Shown here in pieces: positions 27,652 to 36,335 of a stretch of 64,000 bases of DNA. The translations under genes were made by a program, and so were the position numbers. This stretch comes from Candidatus Nomurabacteria bacterium (lineage in GTDB: Bacteria; Patescibacteriota; Minisyncoccia; Phycocordibacterales; UBA1006), in assembly GCA_020632195.1 (NCBI GenBank), contig JACKGA010000002.1:66896-130895 (forward strand), in the 5' to 3' direction. Within the stretch, counting starts at the first letter, position 1. Every line of letters begins with the position of its first letter. The notes under the pieces were generated by a model. The model did not search any database, was not told the DNA's origin, and worked only from the letters and a program-made list of their open reading frames with translations.

Positions 27652-27691
27652 TGGGCAAAAGCGGCGCGTCTTACGACGCGCCGCTTTTGCC
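27652..27691. other. 18-bp perfect GC-rich hairpin (gggcaaaagcggcgcgtc-ttac-gacgcgccgcttttgccc)
   Basis: Read directly. It lies downstream of the nusB-nudix gene on the minus strand and has no U-tract on either side. Confidence 0.6.
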
Positions 27692-27732
27692 CAGATTACT
27701 CAAACAATGAAATATCTTACTTTTTCTTATCT

Positions 27733-28626
27733 TTAAGAAAGGAGTTTCTCAATAGCCTGCGCCATCAATCCTGTCACATCTTCGTACATACGCAATTCGG
27801 CAATTTCATGTGCAGCAAACCATTGCGCACCATCCAATCCGCCTGTTCCCTCCTCGAGAGTCAGTGGCTTGAAGTCTGCCCTGGCGAGGAAATAATGCAC
27901 CTGCTTGCGGACTTTGCCACGTTCTGGGTGATTGGCAATATATTCGTTTTCACCAATTTTTTCTTCAACGACAATATCGGCATTAATTTCTTCTTTTACT
28001 TCACGTACTACTGCTTGCTCTGCAGTTTCTCCGTCCTCAACTCCTCCCTTTGAGAGGGTCCAAAAACCAAAAACATCATGCACCATAGCAAAATGAAGGT
28101 CATTACTTTCATCATAGGCATAGACGACAGCGCCCGCTTTCTGATCAATCGGCATGTCTTCGTAGGCGACTTCTGCTTGTTTTTTGGTCTTTTGTTCTTT
28201 GCCAGGCTCGCCGATCTCTTTATACACCGCACCAAGAACGCCATTGACGAAACGACCTGACGATTCCCCACCAAATGATTTTGCTAATTCAATAGATTCG
28301 TTGATAGCAACTTTTGGAGGGACTTGGTCATAATCACCAAAAAGAAGCTCATAGAGGCCCAATCGCAATACATTACGATCGACGCCATTGATCTTATCAA
28401 GAGGCCATTCTGGAGCTGCCTTGGTAATGACCTCATCAATAATGCTCTTTTTCTTGAGCACTCCATCAAGGAGTGATTCCATAAAAGAAAAGTTTTCAAT
28501 ACCAGGAGCAAATTGATCAGCATTGTATGCAAGTGCCTCTTGTGCGCCAACAGTATTCAACTGAGAAAAATCAGCTGAGAAGAGAGTTTGCATTACAATT
28601 GAACGTGCAAGGTGTCGGTTGGCCAT
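27733..28626 (-). CDS. nusB: NusB antitermination factor fused to a C-terminal Nudix hydrolase domain
   Basis: The N-terminal about 140 aa are NusB-like (ARSIVMQTLF...DRNVLRLGLYELLF...AINESIELAKSFGGESSGRFVNGVLG). The C-terminus has Nudix box GGVEDGETAEQAVVREVKEEINA. An SD-like AGGAGA lies upstream. Confidence 0.85.
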   Translation of the reverse strand: MANRHLARSIVMQTLFSADFSQLNTVGAQEALAYNADQFAPGIENFSFMESLLDGVLKKKSIIDEVITKAAPEWPLDKINGVDRNVLRLGLYELLFGDYDQVPPKVAINESIELAKSFGGESSGRFVNGVLGAVYKEIGEPGKEQKTKKQAEVAYEDMPIDQKAGAVVYAYDESNDLHFAMVHDVFGFWTLSKGGVEDGETAEQAVVREVKEEINADIVVEEKIGENEYIANHPERGKVRKQVHYFLARADFKPLTLEEGTGGLDGAQWFAAHEIAELRMYEDVTGLMAQAIEKLLS

Positions 28627-28732
28627 ACGTATATCTCCTGGTTATAAAGTAACTCAGTGTACAAATAATAGCATGGAGTAATAAAAAAGTGAACCTCTCT
28701 ACAGAAAAACACCCTTGCGGGTGATTTTTGAT

Positions 28733-28954
28733 TTAGCTTTCTTGTCGAGCCTTTAGCTTTGCCTGTCTGCGTGTAGTTTTAGCAACTACATCGATAACTT
28801 GGCGCCCGCGATAGTGACCACATTCGGTACATACACGGTGTCGCAATTTCCAATCAGAACAATGATCACACTTTACCAAGTGTGGAGATGTCAGTGCGTG
28901 GTGTGAGCGACGATTTTTTGTATGAGCACGTGTGTGCCGCATTCGAATTACCAT
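28733..28954 (-). CDS. rpmF: 50S ribosomal protein L32
   Basis: HTKNRRSHHAL and a CxxC...CxxC zinc ribbon (CDHC...CTEC). Confidence 0.9.
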   Translation of the reverse strand: MVIRMRHTRAHTKNRRSHHALTSPHLVKCDHCSDWKLRHRVCTECGHYRGRQVIDVVAKTTRRQAKLKARQES

Positions 28955-29006
28955 ATGAGGCAGTAGTATACATATAAATTAAAAATGGGCAAGACTTTGT
29001 ACTCCA

Positions 29007-29621
29007 TCATTTCTGTATCCAACTTACCCTATGCAATTCGCATACACCAGAGCGCTTGATAGCTGCATAATGCTGCCTCGTCCCATATCCTTTGTGCTGG
29101 GCAAAGCCGTATTGAGGATACTTTTTATGCATTTTAACCATATAACGATCACGCGTTACTTTCGCCAGAATTGATGCTGCAGAAATGAGGGGCTCAATAT
29201 CATCCCCCTGTATAATAGTTTCTTGATGGAGATATATAGCAGGCGCTTTTAATGACCCATCCAAAAGGACATTGCATGATTCTGGGGAAAAGCCGAATCG
29301 CCTCAGACCTGTAGCAATAGCGCCCCTAATCGCGCGACTAATCCCTTTTTGTTCAATAATTTTTGCGGATACCGACACCGTCGTCATGCGAATATCTGGA
29401 GACTCTGCAGATATTTTTTGTGTGAGATGAAAGAGTTCTTCACGCCGAGCTCTGGTCAATTTTTTTGAGTCACGCACACCAGAGAGTAATTGTTTAATCT
29501 GGGGATTTTTCTTCCCTGCTGATGTCACTGCGAAAAAGCCAAGTGTTACGGGTCCTGCCAAGGGCCCACGCCCTGCTTCATCGATGCCTATATGCCATTC
29601 AATTTTTGGGTAAGGTTTCAT
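29007..29621 (-). CDS. rnhB: ribonuclease HII
   Basis: IGIDEAGRGPLAGPV catalytic N-terminus and SKKL, ASILAK motifs. Confidence 0.9.
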   Translation of the reverse strand: MKPYPKIEWHIGIDEAGRGPLAGPVTLGFFAVTSAGKKNPQIKQLLSGVRDSKKLTRARREELFHLTQKISAESPDIRMTTVSVSAKIIEQKGISRAIRGAIATGLRRFGFSPESCNVLLDGSLKAPAIYLHQETIIQGDDIEPLISAASILAKVTRDRYMVKMHKKYPQYGFAQHKGYGTRQHYAAIKRSGVCELHRVSWIQK

Positions 29622-29654
29622 TAATACTTTAGATTATAGCCTAGCAAAAAATAA

Positions 29655-29684
29655 AAACACCCCCAAAGTTTTCAAGGGGTGTTT
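29655..29684 (-). terminator. rho-independent terminator (minus strand)
   Basis: aaacacccc...ggggtgttt stem followed on the minus strand by TTTTTATTTTTT. It lies downstream of the 39-aa ORF. Confidence 0.65.
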
Positions 29685-29716
29685 AGGCTCTTTTTATGTA
29701 TCTTATTATACAGAAC

Positions 29717-29836
29717 CTATTTTCTCCATCCTCCCCACTTTATATGCTGTTGATCGCGGTAGCCTGTTGTCAGCAATGCTACTATGAAAAAAAGAAGATC
29801 AAAGGGAAAGAAACATGCCTTTTTTACTACTCTCAT
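29717..29836 (-). CDS. 39-aa hydrophobic peptide (MRVVKKACFFPFDLLFFIVALLTTGYRDQQHIKWGGWRK)
   Basis: Below the track size cutoff. It is bracketed by a consensus promoter and an intrinsic terminator. It could equally be a small RNA. Confidence 0.35.
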   Translation of the reverse strand: MRVVKKACFFPFDLLFFIVALLTTGYRDQQHIKWGGWRK

Positions 29837-29859
29837 GATTAAAAATTTTATTTGATTAA

Positions 29860-29887
29860 ATTATACATATATAATTTAATATGTCAA
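29860..29887 (-). promoter_or_regulatory. consensus sigma70 promoter TTGACA-16-TATAAT
   Basis: Minus strand reads TTGACAtattaaattatatatgTATAAT, 23 nt upstream of the small-ORF ATG. It is divergent from dnaE. Confidence 0.6.
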
Positions 29888-29956
29888 ATCTCTAGTGTTC
29901 TAATATAGAATATCTTTTTGCCTTACGCTATTTATCATATATACTGCCACTATTGT

Positions 29957-32900
29957 ATGTCTATGGATTCTTCACCAAAGAACAAACCTTTTGTGCACCT
30001 GCACTGTCATAGCCACTATTCCCTTCTCGATGGACTCTCGAAGATTCCTGATCTTGTGCAGCGCGCAAAAAAATTCGGCATGAATGCACTTGCTCTGACC
30101 GACCATGGCTATATGTATGGCGCCATGGAGTTTTATCGTGAATGTCAAAAGCACGATATCAAACCGATTATCGGTATGGAGGCGTACATGGCCGAGCGTT
30201 CACATCTCGACAAAGATCCAACTGTAGATCGCAAAAATTACCACCTGACGCTCTTATGTAAAAATGCTACCGGCTATCGCAACCTCATGAAATTGAGCTC
30301 TATCGGCGCAACTGATGGGATGTACTATAAGCCACGTATTGATGAGGCATTGTTGAAAGAATATGGTGAGGGATTGATTTGTCTATCCGGCTGTCCTGGA
30401 AGTCGATTTATTCAGAATCTGAAAGATGGGAACGAAAAAGAAGCACGACGCCTCCTCGAGCACTATATCGACTGCTTTGGAAAAGATCATGTTTTTATCG
30501 AGATTATGAACCACAAAGAAACTGACTGGGCGCAAGAATGGTATCTCCCCCTAATCCCCACCTTGCGTAACTTTTCAAAGGAATATGATCTTCCGCTGGT
30601 AGCAACCTGGGATAGTCACTATCTGACTCCCGAAGATAAAGAAGCCCATGATACACTCCTGCTGATCAACACCAATAATGCAAGTTTCAAAATGGATGGT
30701 GACTACTCACTCATTAGTCCAGAATATGCCTATGAAGTTTTTGAAGGGCTCGAGGACGCCTGTATACAAACTCAAAACATTGCCGATATGGTTGATATTA
30801 ATATTGATATTGATGACTGGGCATTCCCTACTTTCGAAATTCCTGAAGACAGGACTCATGATGAGGTTTTGAAAGAAAAAGCCTATGCCGGCATCAAAGG
30901 GCGTGGCCTTGAAAAAAGTGACGAACTTACTACGCGTATCGAATACGAACTGGGAGTTATTGCGAGTAAAGGTTATGCGACGTATTTCTTGTGTATGGCA
31001 GACTTTATCCAGTATGCCCGCGAGCAGAGTATCCCAACCAATACGCGTGGATCGGCAGCCGGATCGATGGTGTCATACCTATGTGGTATTACCAATATCA
31101 ATCCGATGGATTATGATCTGATTTTCGAACGCTTCTTGAACCCAGAGCGTCCCTCGCTCCCTGATATTGACCTCGATATCGCCGATAATCGTCGTGATGA
31201 TCTCATCGATTATGCACGTGAAAAATATGGTGAACAGGCAGTCGCGCAAATTGGAACTTTCGGAAAAATGCTCGCGCGTGGTGTGGTGCGCGATGTCGCG
31301 CGTGCCCTTGGTCATCCATATGCCGTTGGTGATCGCTTGGCAAAACTCATCCCCATGGGATCTCAAGGATTCGCCATGACGATTGATCGCGCCCTAGAGC
31401 TAGAGCCTGAACTCAAAGCTATCTATGATTCAGAACGCGATACACAGGAAATTATTGATCTTGCAAAAAAAATTGAAGGCTGTGCCCGACATATCTCCGT
31501 ACATGCGGCAGGAGTGGTGATTTCCTCGACAGGCGATGTGTCTGATTTTTCTCCGATTCAAAGAGATCCCAAGGGGGGCAAGCTTATTACGCAATACAAT
31601 ATGTATACGGGTTTCAAGAATGAAAATGTTGTTGGTATGCCAAAATTCGACTTCCTCGGATTGCGCAATCTTGCCATCATGGCGGATGCACGCAAGCGTG
31701 TGAAAAAAATACGTAATATCGATATCATTATCGAAGATATTCCCGAAGGAGACGAACTTACCTACGCGATGCTGGGTGAGGGCGGGACACTAGGTGTTTT
31801 CCAGATGTCCAGTGATGGTATGACCAAATGGGTCAAAGAATTGAAACCTACCAGCCTCGACGATCTGATCGCGATGGTGGCTTTGTATCGACCAGGGCCG
31901 ATGGAATTTATCCCCGAATATATTGCCCGCAAACGTAATCCTCAAAAAATCACCTATCTCGATGAGCGACTCAAGCCAATTCTCGAACGTACCTATGGAA
32001 TTATTATCTACCAAGAACAGATTCTCCAGATCGCGGTGAACCTAGCTGGCTATTCGTGGCTCGAAGCGGATGGTTTTCGTAAGGCAGTGGGAAAAAAAAT
32101 CCCAGAAAAAATGCGTGCCGAGAAAGAAAAATTTACCACCGGTGCTCTTGCTCATGGAATGGCAGAAAAAAATGTACACGAGCTCTGGGACCAAATTGAA
32201 ACTTTTGCTGCCTACGGATTCAACAAATCCCATGCTGGTTCCTATGGACAACTCGCCTATCGTACTGCATATATGCGTGCGCACTTCCCTGCCGAATACT
32301 TGACTGCCATCATGTCAGCCGAGTCGGGAAATATTGAAAAGGTTGCCGAAGTGATTCGGGAAGCACGGTCACTTGGCTTCACGATGTTGCCACCAGATAT
32401 CAATGAATCGTTCGCAGACTTTACGGTTGTTGTCGATGATGAGCGCAGTGAGCAAATGCCTGATCATGACAATTTTTATCCCCATGGCGACTTCACTCCA
32501 GATGGGCGCAAGATTACACGCAACATGCGTTTTGGGACTCATAATATCAAAAACTTTGGGCACGATATCGGAAAAGCTATTGTTGATGAACGTAAAGCAA
32601 ATGGACCGTACGCGACGCTTGAGGATTTCCTCGAACGTGTACAACACAAAAATCTCAATCGCAAATCATTAGAAGCACTCATCATGGCAGGTGCTTTGGA
32701 TCGTTTTGGATATAGCCGTGGTCAGCTCATGCACAATATTGATACCCTTCTTATCTTTCACAAAGATAGTGGCGTTGCGAATGAGAATCAGGGTTCGCTT
32801 TTTGATATGCTCGACGAACAGGTCAAAGGAGTATTGCAGCTCAGCAAAGCCGAACCCGTCAGCAAGGCGCAGATTCTAGCATGGGAAAAAGAATTGCTGG

Positions 32901-33241
32901 GGTTATACATTTCTGGACATCCGCTCGATGAGTATGCAGATAAATTAAAGGCAGCACAGCTCGATACTCAAAGCGCTCAAAATCCTGAAACAGTAGGCAG
33001 AAGCACGGTGCTTGCTGGAATTATCGAAGATGTCCATGAAATTATTACCAAGAAAAATGAAAAAATGGCTTTTGTAAAACTCCGCGATCTGGCTGGCACC
33101 ATTGAAATAGTAATGTTCCCGAGTGTCTATGTCGAATACAAGCGCCAGATTAGATTAGATAAAATTGTTGCTATCAAAGGTAAATTAGCTGAGCGAGATG
33201 GAGTAGTAAATATGCTGGGCGAGATGGTAAAAGAGTTATAG
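29957..33241 (+). CDS. dnaE: DNA polymerase III subunit alpha
   Basis: PHP-domain N-terminus FVHLHCHSHYSLLDG, then palm/fingers blocks and a C-terminal OB fold. The start is uncertain (ATG 29957 or 29963; the track TTG 29918 is unlikely). Confidence 0.95.
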   Translation: MSMDSSPKNKPFVHLHCHSHYSLLDGLSKIPDLVQRAKKFGMNALALTDHGYMYGAMEFYRECQKHDIKPIIGMEAYMAERSHLDKDPTVDRKNYHLTLLCKNATGYRNLMKLSSIGATDGMYYKPRIDEALLKEYGEGLICLSGCPGSRFIQNLKDGNEKEARRLLEHYIDCFGKDHVFIEIMNHKETDWAQEWYLPLIPTLRNFSKEYDLPLVATWDSHYLTPEDKEAHDTLLLINTNNASFKMDGDYSLISPEYAYEVFEGLEDACIQTQNIADMVDINIDIDDWAFPTFEIPEDRTHDEVLKEKAYAGIKGRGLEKSDELTTRIEYELGVIASKGYATYFLCMADFIQYAREQSIPTNTRGSAAGSMVSYLCGITNINPMDYDLIFERFLNPERPSLPDIDLDIADNRRDDLIDYAREKYGEQAVAQIGTFGKMLARGVVRDVARALGHPYAVGDRLAKLIPMGSQGFAMTIDRALELEPELKAIYDSERDTQEIIDLAKKIEGCARHISVHAAGVVISSTGDVSDFSPIQRDPKGGKLITQYNMYTGFKNENVVGMPKFDFLGLRNLAIMADARKRVKKIRNIDIIIEDIPEGDELTYAMLGEGGTLGVFQMSSDGMTKWVKELKPTSLDDLIAMVALYRPGPMEFIPEYIARKRNPQKITYLDERLKPILERTYGIIIYQEQILQIAVNLAGYSWLEADGFRKAVGKKIPEKMRAEKEKFTTGALAHGMAEKNVHELWDQIETFAAYGFNKSHAGSYGQLAYRTAYMRAHFPAEYLTAIMSAESGNIEKVAEVIREARSLGFTMLPPDINESFADFTVVVDDERSEQMPDHDNFYPHGDFTPDGRKITRNMRFGTHNIKNFGHDIGKAIVDERKANGPYATLEDFLERVQHKNLNRKSLEALIMAGALDRFGYSRGQLMHNIDTLLIFHKDSGVANENQGSLFDMLDEQVKGVLQLSKAEPVSKAQILAWEKELLGLYISGHPLDEYADKLKAAQLDTQSAQNPETVGRSTVLAGIIEDVHEIITKKNEKMAFVKLRDLAGTIEIVMFPSVYVEYKRQIRLDKIVAIKGKLAERDGVVNMLGEMVKEL

Positions 33242-33264
33242 ATTGATTTCTATCAACCTATAAA

Positions 33265-33296
33265 AATGGCCTGAGAAAATATTTTCTCAGGCCATT
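33265..33296. terminator. perfect 32-nt palindrome (aatggcctgagaaaat|attttctcaggccatt), bidirectional terminator
   Basis: Read directly. It lies between convergent dnaE and the NADAR gene. Confidence 0.65.
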
Positions 33297-33314
33297 ACTC
33301 TCAATGTCGTTAAT

Positions 33315-33938
33315 TTAAAATTTGAGGAATAGTTTTTTGTTAACTTCTCCTCTTTCGTATTTTCCATAGAACTCTCTGACTTCAGAAAATTGGAAAGACC
33401 CAGAAAGTGCAGTCTGTAGAAAATTTTCAGAGAGAAAGACAAAACTAAGATATCTTTCTTTTTCAAGAAAAAGCTCAGTTCGTCTTTGTGTCAAAAGTCT
33501 ACCAAGATGATTTTCGCCTTTCCCTTGATATACACCAAAGAATTCATCTCCCCAAGTGTTTCTCTCAATAAGCTCGGCTGTTTTGGTATCCATAATCAAC
33601 CCAGCTAAATTTGGATTGAATATTGGGTGGAACTTTTGGTAAAGTAAAATTCTCATAACTCCGATTCTCATTTCATCAGACCAGTCTGATCGAATGTTTA
33701 TTTTTTGGTTTTCGGGATTCTCATCTTCAAAAAAATACTCTCCCCGGCCAAATTTCTTTGCATTGCTCGCTGAGAGCCTTGCCACCTTCTCCCGTATCCA
33801 AGGCATGTGCTCAGGAACTTTTGCAGCGACATAAGCTGCTTCAACCGAGTTAAACTTTATTCCAAATAAATAAATGGTGCACGGATAAAAATTAGACAAA
33901 AAACTATAGTCGTCTCTAAATGAATGAATAGTACTCAT
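33315..33938 (-). CDS. NADAR (YbiA/DUF1768) domain protein with C-terminal extension
   Basis: YSFLSNFYPCTIYLFGIKFNSVEAAYVAAK and later WGDEFFG..GENHLGRLL match the NADAR pattern. AT-rich singleton. Confidence 0.75.
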   Translation of the reverse strand: MSTIHSFRDDYSFLSNFYPCTIYLFGIKFNSVEAAYVAAKVPEHMPWIREKVARLSASNAKKFGRGEYFFEDENPENQKINIRSDWSDEMRIGVMRILLYQKFHPIFNPNLAGLIMDTKTAELIERNTWGDEFFGVYQGKGENHLGRLLTQRRTELFLEKERYLSFVFLSENFLQTALSGSFQFSEVREFYGKYERGEVNKKLFLKF

Positions 33939-34006
33939 AATTTTTGTATTTAAATTTAAAAAATATTTAAGTCAAAATACTCTTATTCTCAGATTGAGTC
34001 AATATC

Positions 34007-34035
34007 TTGCCCCGCCCCTCCTCTCCTGCTATATT
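34007..34035 (+). promoter_or_regulatory. thrS promoter TTGCCC-17-TGcTATATT
   Basis: Read directly. It implies a leader of about 40 nt. Confidence 0.5.
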
Positions 34036-34080
34036 GAAACTCTATTCATTTAACGCACATACTGCCATTCGTACGGCGGT

Positions 34081-35922
34081 ATGCAGATGCATATGTGTCC
34101 ACAACACCATAACGCGCTCGCGGCGAAGCGCCATTCCCTCGCCCACCTTTTAGCAGCAGCAACGCTCCAGTTATATCCACATGCCAAGATTACACTTGGA
34201 CCTGCCGTCGATAATGGATTCTATTATGATATCGATTTCGGCGAGACGAAGATTTCTGACAAAGAATTACCAAAAATTCTAAAAGCAATGAAGAAGAGCA
34301 TCAATACATGGGAGGTTTTTCATCAAATTCCTGTTTCTGCTGACGAAGCACGTCAGCTCTTTGCAGATAATCCATATAAATTAGAATTGATCGAAGAAAT
34401 CGCACAGCGTGGTGAAGATATTACCCTCTACTACTCTGGTCCAGAGGCAAACATCCCTACCAAAGATAATCTCCTTGCTCATGGGTTAGACATAAAGCCT
34501 GGGTTTGTTGATCTCTGCCGTGGTGGACATGTCGACAATATGAAATCAGAAGTCTCTACCGACACCTTTATACTCGATCGTGTCGCTGGTGCCTACTGGC
34601 GTGGCGATGAAAACAATCCTATGCTTACCCGCATCTATGGCCTCGCTTTTAACTCAAAGGAAGAACTCGATGCGTATCTAACCCTGCGTGAAAAAGCAAA
34701 ACAACGAGATCATCGTAAAATAGGACAACAACTCAATCTCTATACCATGTCCGATCTTGTCGGACCAGGACTTCCGCTCTTTACACCAAAAGGAACACTC
34801 TTGCGTGACTTGATTATGGATAAAATCCAGACACTTCAAAAAGAACTTGGATATCAGCGTGTTGCTACTCCCCATATTACAAAAAAAGAATTATATGAAA
34901 CTTCTGGACACTGGGCAAAATTTGGTGATGAATTGTTTAAAGTCAAAGGCCAAAGCGATCAAGAATTTGTAATGAAACCAATGAACTGTCCTCACCATAC
35001 ACAAATTTATGCATCGCAAAACCGTAGCTATCGCGATCTCCCTATTCGATTTATGGAGCTCGGTGTGGTCTATCGTGATGAACAAGCGGGAGAACTTCTC
35101 GGGCTTTCACGTGTACGATCAATTTCACAAGATGATGGTCACGTCTTTTGTCGGCCTGATCAAGTCGAGCAAGAGATAAGCAATATCGTAACCGTCATTC
35201 AGGAATTCTATACCTCGCTCGATATGCTCAATGATGGAGACTATTGGGTATCAGTATCGGTTCGTGACCCACAGAATCTTGAAAAATATCTTGGGAAAGA
35301 TGAAAATTGGGAAATTGCTGAAAAGGCACTCACTGAAGTTGCTGAAAAATTTAATCTTCCATTCAGGCGAGTCGAGGGTGAAGCTGCTTTCTATGGTCCC
35401 AAGCTCGACTTCCAATTTCGTGATGCGCTCGGGCGTGAATGGCAACTGGGAACGGCACAGCTTGATTTCGTTATGCCTGAACGATTTGGACTAGAGTACA
35501 CCGACACCGATGGAGAAAAGAAGACTCCCGTTATGATTCACCGCGCCATCGCCGGATCTCTTGAGCGTTTTCTTTCAGTAGTGATCGAACACTTTGCAGG
35601 TCATTTTCCTCTCTGGCTCTCTCCAGTACAAGTGGCCGTATTGCCAATCAGTAGCGATAATCATGGCGACTACACGTCTGATGTTGTGAAGCAGTTACAC
35701 ACCGCTGGAATCCGGGTCGAACACTATGATGAAAATGAAAGTCTCGGCAAGCGCATCCGCAATGCGAAGATGCAAAAAATCCCGTATCTCATCATTGTGG
35801 GCGATAGCGAAATACAGAGTAATGTTATTACCGTCGAAGGGCGTGATGATCTCAAGCTCGAGAATATTACAGTTGATGATTTTATCACAAGACTCAATAA
35901 TGAGGTCGAAGGAAAAAAATAA
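34081..35922 (+). CDS. thrS: threonine--tRNA ligase (no N-terminal TGS domain visible)
   Basis: HSLAHLLAAA...GFYYD editing-domain block. Class II motifs (FVMKPMNCPHH, YRDEQAGELLGLSRVRSISQDDGHVF, GTAQLDF). An anticodon-binding C-terminus. Confidence 0.93.
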   Translation: MQMHMCPQHHNALAAKRHSLAHLLAAATLQLYPHAKITLGPAVDNGFYYDIDFGETKISDKELPKILKAMKKSINTWEVFHQIPVSADEARQLFADNPYKLELIEEIAQRGEDITLYYSGPEANIPTKDNLLAHGLDIKPGFVDLCRGGHVDNMKSEVSTDTFILDRVAGAYWRGDENNPMLTRIYGLAFNSKEELDAYLTLREKAKQRDHRKIGQQLNLYTMSDLVGPGLPLFTPKGTLLRDLIMDKIQTLQKELGYQRVATPHITKKELYETSGHWAKFGDELFKVKGQSDQEFVMKPMNCPHHTQIYASQNRSYRDLPIRFMELGVVYRDEQAGELLGLSRVRSISQDDGHVFCRPDQVEQEISNIVTVIQEFYTSLDMLNDGDYWVSVSVRDPQNLEKYLGKDENWEIAEKALTEVAEKFNLPFRRVEGEAAFYGPKLDFQFRDALGREWQLGTAQLDFVMPERFGLEYTDTDGEKKTPVMIHRAIAGSLERFLSVVIEHFAGHFPLWLSPVQVAVLPISSDNHGDYTSDVVKQLHTAGIRVEHYDENESLGKRIRNAKMQKIPYLIIVGDSEIQSNVITVEGRDDLKLENITVDDFITRLNNEVEGKK

Positions 35923-36073
35923 TAAACCTTCAAAATGAATCCATCACATTCTTCATGACAACCCCAAGGTCCGAAATAGAGGGATTCTGTACAAGCTTCT
36001 CAGTTCAAAGATAAAGAAACGGTGCTTTATATAACTTCCCTATTTTCTCCTCTCCCTACGTCGCTCATAAACG

Positions 36074-36082
36074 TGCTATAAT
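36074..36082 (+). promoter_or_regulatory. extended -10 TGcTATAAT
   Basis: 33 nt upstream of ATG 36116. Confidence 0.45.
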
Positions 36083-36115
36083 AAACACATAGTAACCTAA
36101 TTATATTTATTTTCT

Positions 36116-36307
36116 ATGGACAACAATCATCTCTACAATCTCGCAACTCAATTGACTCAAGAAATGAAAAGCCTCTGGCGTATCGAGAAACACTACATTG
36201 AACAATCAGAATCAGAAGAAGAGAAGGTATTCTGGCGCAACATGAAAAACGACAAAGAAAACCATATCAAGGAGTTAAAAGAACTTGTAAAAAAAGCACT
36301 CGGGTAA
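36116..36307 (+). CDS. hypothetical small helical protein
   Basis: 63 aa and charged, with its own -10 box and a terminator whose loop contains the stop codon. Confidence 0.5.
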   Translation: MDNNHLYNLATQLTQEMKSLWRIEKHYIEQSESEEEKVFWRNMKNDKENHIKELKELVKKALG

Positions 36308-36322
36308 TCCCGAGTGCTTTTG
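36292..36322. terminator. 13-bp perfect hairpin (aaaagcactcggg-taat-cccgagtgctttt)
   Basis: Read directly. It lies between convergent genes. Confidence 0.7.
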
Positions 36323-36335
36323 CTCATCTCGATTT

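Noticed and set aside
33240-34010. Direct repeats flanking the NADAR gene (tagattgatttctatca at 33240 versus cagattgagtcaatatc at 33990), analogous to the trmD/gap cases
   Set aside because: Only a 7-nt identical core (agattga) plus scattered matches. That is not above expectation in AT-rich DNA.
34036-34080. T-box or other riboswitch leader upstream of thrS
   Set aside because: The distance from the predicted -10 box to the ATG is only about 45 nt. That is far too short for a T-box, and no specifier or antiterminator features are visible.
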